Positions 24,341 to 37,013 of a stretch of 64,000 nt of DNA are shown piece by piece. The stretch lies in contig JASCQW010000109.1 of the NCBI GenBank assembly GCA_030264375.1, positions 44,156,356-44,220,355 on the forward strand, written 5' to 3'. Below the pieces are notes generated by a model that saw nothing but the letters and a program-made list of their open reading frames with translations, searched no databases and had not been told where the DNA came from. Numbering within the stretch: the first letter of the stretch is position 1; each line of letters starts with the position of its first letter. A program made the translations under genes and the position numbers. The stretch is from Carcharhinus longimanus. Its lineage: Eukaryota.

Positions 24341-25215
24341 TTGAATTTCTAGTATGATCTATAGTTTTCATTCAGTTGAAGGGAGATATGACAACTGCAT
24401 TGCACTGTTGAATGTTCTTTAATTGTGTTGTCCATTATCAGTGCAGTTCAAATTGATTTTACTTATACTGAGTGCTTTGATCATCCTGAGCATTGTGTGG
24501 GCAGAAAAACTTGTCATTTTCATGGTTGTTTCTCCCTGGAAAGTGATATATATTTATTCGAAATTCTGTTGAAATGTCTATCAAATCCATGTAAGTCAGT
24601 AAGTGGCTTTTGTAATAAGCAGTTGCAAATACGTAAAGTTTGTGGAATCCCGGCCAGGATTTTTGCCTCCAAGACAGTGCATAGAATTAGGAAAATTCCT
24701 GGTTCAGTGCACCTGTGTTGGAAGAAATGGCCTTGAATGGAAGGATTTTCATTCTGTGGGTGCAGGTACATATAGGAGTCGGTACTGCACCCTCAGAAAC
24801 ATTTGGAATCAACAACAAGGGATGCCAAGTACTAAAAGCTCACCTTGGTGCTCTGGGACTTGGTTCCTGTTGTAATGAAAGTAGTTAGGCCATTTAGCCC
24901 TCACGTCACTGCACCCCCTCCTCCCAACCACTTCATGGCACCCCCATTCCCTCCTTGCTAATCTATGTACCTCTCCACCCACCCAATTAGCCTCTAAAGT
25001 CCCTTTGCCAACTTAATGCCAATTTAGGCCTCTAAAGTATTTTGCCCTTTCACCCTCCATGTCAACTCCCCCAGTATTCACTGTTCAACAGTTCTGCTGA
25101 GATGAAATAAAATCAAGTTCTAAGTTTTTATTATAGACTTCACTGTATTAAAGTAATCTCCTCATTGATAAAGGCCCATTCAAAGATATGAATTCCTTCA
25201 AGTACTTAATCAGTT

Positions 25216-25400
25216 GGGGGATCGATAGCTCACTTGGCTGAACAGCTGGTTTGTAATGCGGAACAACAGCAACAATGCGGGTTCAATTCCTGTATCAGCT
25301 GAGGTTATTCATGAAGGCCCATCTTCTCAGCCTTGCCCCTTGCCTGAAGTGTGGTGATTCTTAGGTTAAATATGGTCATCTAGGATTATGGTGACTTTAA
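25216..25400 (+). mobile_element. tRNA-derived SINE of a second family, internally deleted
   Basis: tagctcacttgg (A box) and gggttcaattcc (B box), followed by a non-tRNA body gctgaggttattcatgaaggccc. Confidence 0.6.
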
Positions 25401-28400
25401 TTCAACTTAATCCAGTGTTGGACAACCTAGGCAGTTAGTGACTGGGTAGCATGATTGGCCTTCCTTCTTCGCAGTGGGAAGCAAGGTTGAAATTGGCAAC
25501 GTACTCTAAGCACAACCCCATGAATAAAATTAAATACATTTAATACACACCAAATATTTCATAATGAGCTGCATAAAAACCTAAATCATTCTTGTATTAA
25601 TAGAACTGTCATCATCTTCAAATGGGAGAAATATTTAAACCCAATTGTATTTTATAATTTACTGTGCTTGTCAAAGCTAGTACCAGCTACAGCTAAACGT
25701 TATACGTTTCTAATTACACATATATGCTTTAGGTTTTTATTTTATTTATTCATATTTACTTACTTTTTTTGATACATCTTTACTACTGTTGTTACAAAAA
25801 CTATGAAGAAAACTTTACCGTTTAAAATATATTGTAAAAGTGTTTAAAGATAAATGAGGAAAACAAACAAAATACTCCCCTGTCAATTGCTCCACTCTCA
25901 GCCTTGTCTTTCCCATGCCTTTGTATCTCTCCAGGCTCCACTTTCAGTGTCGCACTTTCCCGCACCCTTTTGCCACCAGGCTGTATTCTCACTCTTGCTC
26001 CTTTTCGCATTCTTTTGTCCTCTTGGCTCCATGCTCTCTCTCAAACTCTGCACTTACTCTATCAACAAAACATCTTGTGGACCACAGTTGGAACCCTGAT
26101 AGGCTGCCCACCACTGACTTAACTCCCCTAAAAAAACAAACGTTTGTATTCGTTCCCCCACATCAAAGAGAGCTCATCCTTTAATAACCTGCTTGAGCTG
26201 TCAAACTGTGGGCTTACGGGCCTCCCACTGTGATAACTATAGGTCATGGAAGCAGTTAAGTAATAATAAAACTAATGATAACTTTCAGGCTTATGCCAAC
26301 AAACAGCTGCTGAAATTGTAAATACTGACTTTTTTTCAACTCAGAGACAGAGCAGGCTGTTTTATTTTGAAATATAAAGAGCAGGTATTTACATCACTTG
26401 AGAGCTTGACAGTTGCAGAGACTTTATCCATTTTTATGCACATTCACATCTTAACAATCCTAAACCACACACCAAGGGAAATGGACCTTGCTCCAGTAAA
26501 AATGGGCTCTGTTTGAACTCAGCGTAGGGTTCAGTTAGCCCTGATGGGTTTAGGTTTCTCCCATGTGTGAATGACACCTGCTCCCCCATCCCGACAGTGA
26601 AAGTAGGATTTGTTGGAAATGGGGATGGGATTTCTGAATCTGGCATCTGGGTACCATTTTGGCTATTTGGCTAAAGTATGCAGTTCCCACTATTCTGTGA
26701 AAATCTAGGATTAAATCTATATGTTAATCTCTTCAGGAGGGAAGCTGCTCCACTCATGCACTGTCATTTTTCAGAGTAGAGTGGTGTTAAGCTTAGTGTG
26801 TGCATCAGTCAGTTATAAAAATACCTGTTTAAAATTAGAACATTAGTAATAGAAATGAAATGGATATATGATTCAGGTACAGAAATAACCACCATGTGCA
26901 GAGATGTCAAAAATACTTGCAGGTGGAGAATCCCCCACTCACTTGGATGAGAAGCACAGTGTGTTCAGACTGCAGTAGATTCATTACAAATTTCAAGAAT
27001 AGCATGTATGATGAAATATTTCTATTTATTAAATTGTAATTCATAATGTGGTGCTAGTATCATTTTGGTTGCCATGTCTACCCACTTTCAAGTTTTTTTT
27101 AAGATCGTAAACTGTTACTAGACAATTGATGAATAGAGTGACATTTAAGTAGCCATAATGGTTTCTCACTTAATGATTGCTCTTTGATTACCTGTGGAAA
27201 ATGTGCAGGTTAATCACTTCCAAAACAACTCCAACAAATTTCAGAATGATTATAAGTCTCATATAAGATTGATTGTGACAAAAAGCAGATTATTACAGTG
27301 TACCTGTACAGAATTTTGAAAGCAAGCCAGAGTATTAGGATTGATATCTCTTAAAATAATGATGTGAGGTACAACATATATAAGCCATCCTTCACGGGGG
27401 AAAATCATTTTGAATATGTCTCCCCTTGTTACTTATGCAAAGCTTCAGTTAGAATTGAAGTCAGATCCTTTTCCAACTGGCTTTGCCTTGATTAACACAT
27501 GGTATTAGCTGAATCCAAGTCCATCTTAGATTCTGGAAGGTTATCTTTGGTGATTGCCGAAAAAAGGAAACTGGAACATTCAACCAGAATATGTAATTGT
27601 TTTTCTAATCAAACATCCCATAATACTTGCTACTGGTGTGTTCCATTCTGCGGTGTGCAGAAAAAGAAAAGCTTTCAATTGTCTCTGGCCTCTTACAGAA
27701 GAAACTGATTTTTTGTTTCTTTTCACATGCCTTTGGCTAAAATTGTGTATTGGAGAACCAGAGGATTAGTCCAGTAATACTGTGTTCTATCACTCTTGCA
27801 ACAACGTCAGACTGTGTCTATTTTGTTCAACATAAATATTTGTATTTAAAAACAAACGTGTTTGATCTGAAATTTAAAGCAGCAATTTAATTTTGCAAAT
27901 CTAGTGAATTCCATTCTTGCAAGTTTGATAACCTCCAATTTGATTAACGTGTTGTCAGACACCTATTATTCTGTGCACATATAATTAAAAATAATAATGT
28001 ATTACACCTGTTATAACCTACTCTTTTTAAATATTTAACATCTGTGTAGTGTTCTGCTAATTGCAATCTGGGAAGAATTCATTTTGTTAGACACAGATTT
28101 ATTGTCCAAAATTTAGTCACTTGGATTTCCTGTGCAAATTTTCAGATGAAAATCTTTCCGCAGTCAGCTCCATTACTGGGTAGTATATCCTTCCATATAA
28201 TTTGGGAAGTTGTGTTCGAATGCTAGTTTTCTTTTCTAATGCTCCCTTATGAATTGGAGTTTTGAATCAAGTGGTGTGTTTTCCTTAGTTTGCCAATGTT
28301 ATTAGAACAGTTGGCGTGAGATTAAAGTGCATTTCTCTACCTTATACTTGTGCCAACATTTTCTTAATGAATGAAGGATAAAATGTTAGCAAGAATTCTG

Positions 28401-28557
28401 CCTTTAGCCAATAGAATCCTACGGTTTAATTGAAATTATTGACGCTTAAAAAGAAACAAGCTCCTTTCTTCTCCTCCATGTCTTGCCACTGACAGAAGCA
28501 GGATTTCTTTTGTATTGTACTGTCCTGTGTGATCATGTAAGTTACGCAATTAACCAA

Positions 28558-29580
28558 TGCGATTCTCCTGTCTGAACTCAGGGAAAATCAGTGTTCCCTG
28601 CTTGCATCAGCAGTGCCTGTCAGGTGGGATTCGCCCACCTTCATCATTTGAATGTATGCATGCCACAAAACAAGCTGGCCAGCCTTGCTTTACAGAAGGG
28701 GCACCCAATGTCAGTGTTCAGAGACAGCCACCCTTCCCCAAAAGACACTCTGAGCTGGAGTTTCCTCAGGCCTCCTGAAGGCCCTGCCCCCAGCACCCTG
28801 CAACTCAACCTGCTGTCAATCAAAGCACTTTGAAGGGATTCAAAGCAGCTGGGCCTTATAAGAAACAGCAAGGGGATCTTCTTGGTAAAACCGATAGGTC
28901 CTTTCTTTAAGAGCACTTTAAAGAGGTTATTTAACACCTGTTGCCCATGCCATTAACCAGGGCCAATCCCTATTGTGGAACAGCATTGTTGAGGTTTTGA
29001 AGGCTTCTGGGTGCACAGGGCATGATTTTTAATGTAATCAGGCCACTTCAAAGATTTTAAAGGACAGTGATGGTAATAATTATCTCTACCAGAACAGTGC
29101 CAGAAATCACCATCCTGAGATTGAAACCACTTTTTCCAGAGCAACAAAGTGCAGCCACTAGACCACTATCCCAGGGGTCCATCTCTTATCACCCTCCCAT
29201 CTCATCACAGCCCTACAAACCCAGGTCCCTTGAGGGAATCCCTCCCTGCAACAGTCAGCAACAGAAGGAAACAGGAACACAGTTGGAAACTGCAGTTCCC
29301 TCTCACACCCCTCCCAGTCCTCTTCTGTAGAGCCCATGGCACCAGGTCCATGCTTTTATGGACCAGGATTAATTATTGGCACCCGTGGGACTTCCAGCTC
29401 TGAGGATTGGCTGGGGGGGGTAGTGGAGCTTGCCCGCAATAGGTGAGAACCTGATTTCCATGGCAGTGGCTGGGAGGCTGGGGCTGAACATCCAGCAGGA
29501 ATCCTTATTTGGCTCTCTCATAAAATTCAATGGGCCAAAGAGATTCCTGGCTGTAACAATCAACCTGGAGAATCCTGACC
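28558..29580. mobile_element. About 1 kb non-autonomous TIR element
   Basis: Ends gcgattctcc ... ggagaatcctgacc are inverted and resemble the other GC-rich element ends; elevated GC. Confidence 0.45.
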
Positions 29581-30041
29581 AACATTTTGTTCACTGAGGT
29601 AGATTGTATTTTCTGTTTAAAATAAAGCAATATGTCGTTTGTGATGTATTTTTCTTTTACAAAGCATTACATTGTAAGCTCAGACTTTTGCAGGACTGAA
29701 ATGTTTAAAGCTTATTTTTGTTAGATGGAGAGAATATGGCCAAATTAATGACACTCAATACTGTGGTGTATGAATATGAAAATGTTCAAACCAATACAAA
29801 TATAGAAGGTTGCTACAGTGCCAATCTTTTCTCAGCAACTCAAAACCAGGGTATATCTTTGGCTTTTGAAAGGAATGGATAATGTGACTTTTGACCTTGC
29901 TTTAGTAACAAATAAGACATATTACAAATTCATTTTCTGTTCTGAGCGAACATTTTTTTATGTATCACTCTGTCAGACAGATGTTGTTCAGTTCAGTGGT
30001 ATTACTGGGCTATTTTCTTCTCTTCAAAGCCAATTATAATA

Positions 30042-30171
30042 GCTCACCACTATCCTGGCTGAGATCAGCGAACTCCACGCAGGCAAGTGGTTAAGCCTGA
30101 GACCTTTACGATGAGCACAGCTCACTGGCACATTATGTGGTTTGTCTACCAACTTGAACTATTGGGAGAGC
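30042..30171 (-). mobile_element. Old tRNA-derived SINE head
   Basis: Reverse complement gctctcccaatagttcaagttggta...aaggtctcaggctt...gagttcgctgatctcagccagg has decayed pol III boxes. Confidence 0.45.
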
Positions 30172-30879
30172 TTTGTGTGATTTTTTTTTTAAATGCAGGT
30201 TAATGCATCTGAAACTTTGATATTCGGGTAAGGCTCAAAATATTAATGGTTAAATGAGTAAAATCAAACATTGTTTGTGATATAGAAGCAGCTTAGCTGT
30301 CTATATTGTGCCATTGCCCCTAGCTCCAGATTAAGGGTGGATTTAAACGTATTTCTTATGTGTATTAAACTTACTGATTGGCAAAAAAACATTATGTTAG
30401 TGCCAAATTCTTTATATTTGATGTAAATTGGAAACAGTTTAAGTGGAATTAAGTATTTTGTGGGAATATGTCAGGAGTTGACTTGTGTGAATAGTTTGGC
30501 TTTCAAACTGATTACTTGATGAGGATTTGATCCCCTGAAACAATTGGTTATACAGAATCCCATGCCTAGCGTACTAATGCTCTTGTTAAAATGCAGAGCA
30601 TTTCTTAGTCCTTGACAAAACACACCTTCATTGTAACTATCAAGTGCTTTTGGTTTCTAATGCTGTGCATTCTGTCTGCTTGTCTGAGTAAAATAAGTTA
30701 ATATTAGGCATATTATATTGTTTTGCGAGAGTGAGAATTGGATGCATAATGAAGTCGGCCTTTGGTTTTGCTGTTCAGGTTTCTATTCAATTCTTTCTAT
30801 CAAGGCCGCACAAATTAATACATTATAATTTTTCAGCTATTACAAGAATATGTTTACATTCAATAATTTTAGAGAAATT

Positions 30880-31753
30880 AGAATCCTCGGAAAGAGTCTC
30901 CAACTCTGAATTAGGTTTGGAGACTTCGGACAGTTCATACTTACTTACTTGATTACTTACCCAGCAATGTTAGGCAGGAAAACCCTAGTCTATCTCCTAG
31001 ATAACTAAATTACATATATTCTCTGTTAATTCAATCATACCCCGAAATTGCTTGTGTGGCTTCACTTCAACAAATATTTTACAACAGTGATGATTGCATA
31101 GAACCATCCTTTGTAAATCTGCCATGACTCCCAAAATCACTTTTGTCTTTTTCACATTCAACTTGTGTCACCTCCAGACCTTTGTCCCCACTATTTTCAT
31201 GCAAAAATATTACTTTTTGATTCTGTAAAACAATAATGTATTAGCTAAATAGATTTGTCATCCATCTCTCTCACTCACTCACTGGCTTCCTCGCTCGCTC
31301 GTCAGGGATCGCCACCTTCTCTGAAAGCTAATGCATTTCTGAAAAAGAATACTTAACCATAGCAAATTTACTACCTGCTCTTTGCATGTGTGTTCTGACG
31401 GAAGTTTTTTTCAACAAGAAGCGTATTTTGGCAAAACAATAATGGTAAGTTAAGAGGTCTGGATCTTCCCCCCCTAGTCTCAGGACAGTGGGATACTGGA
31501 TGTATCTCCCAAATGCACATTGGGACTCCTTGGAAATTCCAATGCATTGACTCTGTGGAAATTGCCCATGAAGTTTGAACTTTCAATGGACCATTCCCCT
31601 GCTCCCCAGAATCCTCGGAAAGAGTCTCCAACTCTGAATTAGACTTGGAGACTTCGGACAGTTCATACTTATTTACTTGATTACTTACCCAGCAATGTTA
31701 GGCAGGAAAACCCTAGTCTAACTCCTAGATAACTAAATTACATATATTCTCTG
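30880..31753 (+). repeat. 146-bp direct duplication (30880-31025 and 31608-31753)
   Basis: agaatcctcggaaagagtctcc...tacatatattctctg present twice, 4 mismatches, offset 728 bp. Confidence 0.95.
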
Positions 31754-31769
31754 AAGTTGTAAGGACTTA

Positions 31770-32495
31770 AGCTGGAATTCTCCCAAAAAAAATTCTAAGT
31801 GTCAAATTTGTGTAAAAACTGGAGTAATTCATGCTTTTTTTTCAATGGGAGTTCAAAGAATCTCCCACACTCTGTGCACTGTAGAGGCCATCAGTGTGAA
31901 TATCATTAAATTTCAGTTGGGAGGGCCTGGAGAGGCTGAAATCGGCTCGCAGAGTAGGCCACAGCGCGTGCACCAATCTGTTTGTGCCAAGATTGGTGCA
32001 TGTGCGATGGCCCTGCACTGATTGCCTCCTGATTGCTGGCCAGCCCCGTCACCCCCCACAATGCCCGCTGTCCACACACCCGCTCCCACAGTCCCTTCCC
32101 CAAATTATTCCAGGCCCAGGCTGATCTCCCCAACCCCAACCTGCTCCCATCACTGCCCTTTCTTCTCCCCCACCAACCTTTATGCAGAGAGGCAGCAGGG
32201 CCCCTGTCCCCTTGGTACTGCCCCATGCCAGGAGGGCAGTGCCAAGATGCCTCCTAGACATTGGCACTTTGCCCCTTGGCCAGTGCCAAAGGGCACAGGC
32301 TAGCACTGCCAGGGTCTCAATGCCTACAGGCACTGCCTTCCTGTGCCTGATCCTCTTGTGGACCCCAGTTGCCCCCTTCACTCCTGCAGGGTCGGGTTGC
32401 AAGTTCCCTGTTAGTGGTGAGCGACACTGAACCACTCTGGAGGGGGAGTTGGAAGAGATACTAGTGGACCCGGAGACTTCAGTTACAGAGCTGAT
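31770..32495. mobile_element. GC-rich non-autonomous element, right end missing
   Basis: gctggaattctcccaaaaaaaattctaagtgtcaaatttg...; homologous to 12205-13060. Confidence 0.7.
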
Positions 32496-34111
32496 ACAAA
32501 TGCTCAGTGAACTATCAGCTGAGCAAGTACAATAAAGCTCAGATGACTACTTACAACATGAGCAACCAACACCGACCTCACACTTCTCTTTGGCCCACTT
32601 TTCCACTTTCCAAGTGTTTGAAACTTTTTGATTCTAACCTGTTGTACACAATGTAGTAATTATTTCACAGGCTAAGACTATCTCAGATAAATGTGCTAAT
32701 AACCAGGATCAGTGTTAGACTCTTGGATTTCGGAAGCATTCCTTTGATTTGTACAAGGAAAGCTTTGTAAACATTTCAATTATTCTTTAGATAACACCTT
32801 TGGGAACAAATGCACATATCTTTTCGATAGATGCTTTCAAAGTTAGGTCAGTATTGCAATGTAATAATTAATTCTTGTGTGACAATATTCCCAATGACTG
32901 ATTCTACAATTGAGAAGCTAGACGCCGCAGAGCTAACAAGATTACATTTGAAAGTCGGTTTTATTTTGTACCAAACAGAATAATGGGAGGTAAAATGCTA
33001 AAATGGGTTGTAAAAGTGAACAAATCTGGTAGTTTACCTCCTCTTCATAGCTTTTTAAAGAGGCTTTGGACATTTAAACTTTACTTATAGAATTCAGCAG
33101 CTCATGTCGTAGAAATTCTCTGAGCTGCTCTTTCCTAAGATTTCGTGCATTGAATATGTTCTGTGGCATCCTCCATTGGGAAATTGTCTAGAAACATTGG
33201 AGAAAGACAAATGTGTAGTTTTTTTTTGTCTGATCAGGTTCATAAAGAGAGTTTCCAACTCTGATTAGAAGATTTGGGCCAGTACTTTTTAATTGGAGTG
33301 AAGCTGAAGGTAAGCTGAATGGAATTGAAGTGTTAGTTTGTGGTAAGAGTGGGAGATGATGAAATGAGCACTAGTTTTCAANNNNNNNNNNGGTTTTGAG
33401 ATTCATGTTAGAGTGTGACATCAAAGTCTTCACATTTTATTTAAATTTTTACACTGGATAGCTAAATATTTAAGTCTTAAAAACATTTCTAGGCTTGCGT
33501 CAAATTCTTTATGCTATGCTGCCCTAGGTATGTGGTAACACCATTTTTTGGTGCATTGGCATTTTTTGAGTTTTTCCACATTAATCTTTCTCTCCTCTGT
33601 GCAAAGATTTCCACTTTAACATGAAATTATGGGTCTTTCATATTGTGGACTACTAACTGGGGCTCCCATAAACGGATCAATCTTACCCTATCTGATTTCA
33701 TGTAGAAAAGACCTTATTATAGTTTAACCTACAATAAATTTAATGACATTACAGCCCTGTGAAAATGGGGCTCTGTCATCTTACTTGCTCCAAGTTAACA
33801 AGCAACAGACTCTCTATAAGTGACCTTTAAATGAAACCTGTAAACTTTATTTGAAACAGTAGATTTGTTCTTTTCAGCTGGAGATGAAGGTCCTTCTGAC
33901 TTTTGCTACAGGTGTATTTTCAGTATTACTAAGAATGCTATCTGCAGCAAAATATCATTCACAAAGCTATGGTAAATCCAAATTGGAAACCATGTATAAC
34001 AACCATGTACCTCTGGGGAATTAGACACATCCATTCCAAGAAGCTGAACATTTTTCTCAATAAATAAAAAAGACTAATATTTTAAGTTTTTTTTACAAGT
34101 TTCTCACTCAG

Positions 34112-34570
34112 CAAAAGAAAGACTTGCATTTATATAGTGTATTTAACAATGACAAGACATCCCAAAGCATTTCATGGCCAATAAAATACCTCTGATGTAT
34201 ACACTGTTGTAATCTAGGAAATGTGGCAGCTAGTTTGCACAAAGCATGCTCATAAATAGCAATATGATAATGACCATATAACTAGATTTTGTGATGTTGA
34301 TTGAAGGAAAAGCATTGACTAGGAGAGTTGAGGCAAACCCCCTGCTTTTCTTTGAAATGTTGTCACAGGATCTTTTGCATTCACTTGAGATGGCAGACAG
34401 CTCCCCAGTTTAACATCTCGTCCAACAGACAACACCATTGACAATGCAGCATTCCCTCAGTACTGCATTGGCCAACCTTCATTTTCGTGCTCAAATTCTG
34501 GATTAGGACTTTAATCTACAACTGTCTGACTCTGATGGTGGAGTGCAATTAACTGAAGCACAGCTGACAC
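34112..34570 (-). mobile_element. Deu-domain SINE (SacSINE1-like), near full length
   Basis: aaagacttgcatttatatag tail, gcagcattccctcagtactgca core, decayed tRNA head at the right end. Confidence 0.7.
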
Positions 34571-34884
34571 ACACTAACTGAATTAAAATGGGTTCCCTAT
34601 TGGATTGAATGTATAAGGTTATGGGGGAGAGGGAATTGAGTGACAGCTAAATAGTGAGGAATATGTACACAAAGCCTGTTTACCATGTTCTGTTTTGGAA
34701 ATAGATGAAGCTTAGTTCTAACCAGTAATGTGAGGAAGGAGAAGAGAAGGTGGTTTTGTTTGTGAAATCCTTCCCCTGAAATAGAAGCATTTAAGAAGGG
34801 AAATTTTAAAGACATTGACTGACTTTAGCATATCCATTGACTTCCCAAAATTTGAACAGCAATGCCAAGACTATGCAGTGTGGA

Positions 34885-35318
34885 GGCCATGGTTCAATTG
34901 GCCTCTGAGCTACAAGGATCTAGGTTCAAGCTCCATTTCAGAGCTTAGGTATAAAAATCGAGGATGACATTCCAGTGCAGTACTGAGGGAGCATTGCACT
35001 CCTGGACAGCATGTGAAGATGGCATGCCTTTGAGATGACACATAAAACCAAAATCCCATCTCCCTGCTCAATCAATACAAAATTCCATTACATTATTCTG
35101 ATTATGAGCAGGGGAATTATTCTTGATGTTCTTATCAACATTTTGTCCCTCAATCCGCATCACCAAAAAACAGATTATCACTTTATCAATTTGCTGGTTG
35201 TGTATGCTTTCTGTTTGCATTTTCTATTTCATGTGTGGCTAAACTTCAAAAGTACTTCATTGGCTGTAGAGCGTTTGGCGATATCTGGTGGTTGTGAAAA
35301 GCATTCTATAAATTGCAG
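34885..35318 (+). mobile_element. Deu-domain SINE (SacSINE1-like), near full length
   Basis: ggttcaagctcc B box, tgcagtactgagggagcattgca core, cttcaaaagtacttcattggctgtagagcgtttgg...tgtgaaaagcattctataaat tail. Confidence 0.7.
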
Positions 35319-35664
35319 TGTGCAGATCTTTTGTGGAAGCATATAATGTAGCTCTGAATTATTTCAAATCAAGACGGATACTTCTGGTATTTTCTCAAAG
35401 AAAATATTCTGCTAACAGTAAATAACAACAGAAATGGTTAATAATGATTGTCTGATTTGTTTGAGTTGGGTGATTTGTTTTTGCACTGTGCATAGTTTTT
35501 TTTTCACCTTGGTTTTGTCAGATATGACAACTCTCTGATGTTCCCCCAAATGATGTATGAAAGCATACTGGGGCTTCTGACATCCACACATGTCTGGTAT
35601 CCACACATGTATTTTGTACAGGAATCTTTGAAAAGCAATCATGAGAAGGAAAATAACCAACTTT

Positions 35665-36188
35665 CACAGAATTGTTACTGTGCTGAAGGAGGTTATTTTA
35701 CCCATTGTGTCTGTCCCCCTGCCCTGCACATTTTTTCTATTTGAATAATCATTGAATGCCCTCTTAAATGCCTTCATTGAACCTGCCTCCATTACGCTTC
35801 CAGGCACTGCATTCCAGACCTGAACCTACTGTGTGAAAAAGATTTCTTTCGTATCATATTTGCTTTTTTTTGTAAATTACTTTAAATATATGCCCTCTCA
35901 TTCCTAATCCTTTTACAAGTGGGCACACTTGCTATCTTGCTATTTCTCACTATCTACTCTGGCCAGCCCTTTCATGATTTTGAAATGTCTATCAGATCTC
36001 GTCTTAGTCTTCTCTCAAAGGAAGCAGTCGTAACCTCGCCAATCTATCCTCATATCTGAAATTTCTCATCCCTGGAACCATTCTTATAAACCTCTTTTGC
36101 ACCCTCTCTGATACGTTCAATTCCTTCCTACAGTGTTCTGGCCAGAACTGTACACCGTACTCCAACTAAAGTCTAACTAGTGTCTTGT
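35665..36188 (-). mobile_element. CR1 LINE 3' fragment
   Basis: cacagaattgttactgtgctgaaggagg 3' end; ccagaactgtacaccgtactccaac (reverse of LEY.VQFW). Confidence 0.8.
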
Positions 36189-36739
36189 AGCATTAGGTAT
36201 ATTCAGTTTAGAGTGTATTTGTATTTTGAAATGGAAAAAGTCAAAATAATGTCCTAAGGACAACAATTTATTGGTCCATAATAATAAGTCTTGCTCATTA
36301 TTCATGCATCACTATGTTCAAGCCTAAAATAGATTGGTGTGAATGAAATTATAACAAAAGATGAAAAAGATCACTTTGTAATGGAGTGTCCTAAGACTTT
36401 ACTGCTTTAGTAATTTGAAAAGTTTTAATTTGTGAAATGGGTGAAGTTATTCACACCTGGGTAACTGCCATGCAATTCTATATTGCATAGCATTTTGGTA
36501 GGTTTGATTTTAAGGTCAGAGATTTGTAGAAGTTGAGGCTGAAGTTCTCATATCTAGTATTTTGGATACATGTACAAAGGGAGATTGTTGTCATAGAGGA
36601 AGGACTTGTATAACAATCAAGATAATTGTCATTTGGAGCAATTAACTTTTGATCAAGCTGAAAGCTTATTCAAATATCATTAAGGAAAATGTTACTTTTA
36701 TTAATGTTTGTTTCAGAAAGTGCCTCGGTACATTGAATG

Positions 36740-37013
36740 ACAGCATGGTGGCACAGTGGTTAGCACAGCTGCCTCACAGCACCAGGGATCTGAGTTCAAT
36801 TCCCAGCTTGAATACCTGTCTTTGTGGAGTTTGCACGTTCTCCCTGTGTCTGCATGGGTTCCCATGGGTTTCCTCACACAGTTTGAAAGACGTTAGCTGC
36901 ATTGGCCATGCTAAAGTCTCCCTCAGTGTACCTGAACAGGCATTGGAGTGTGGCGACTAGGGAATTTTCACAGTAACTTCATTGCAATGTTAATGTGACA
37001 CTAATAAATAAAT
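36740..37013 (+). mobile_element. HE1-related SINE with alternative tail
   Basis: HE1 head and body followed by cctcagtgtacctgaacaggc...ggcgactagggaattttcacagtaacttcattgcaatgttaatgt...aataaa; the start of the same tail is at 61284-61320. Confidence 0.8.

Noticed and set aside
30880-31753. LTR pair or CRISPR-like repeat
   Set aside because: Only two units, no TG...CA, PBS or PPT, and no spacer array; no CRISPR or prokaryotic features anywhere in the window.
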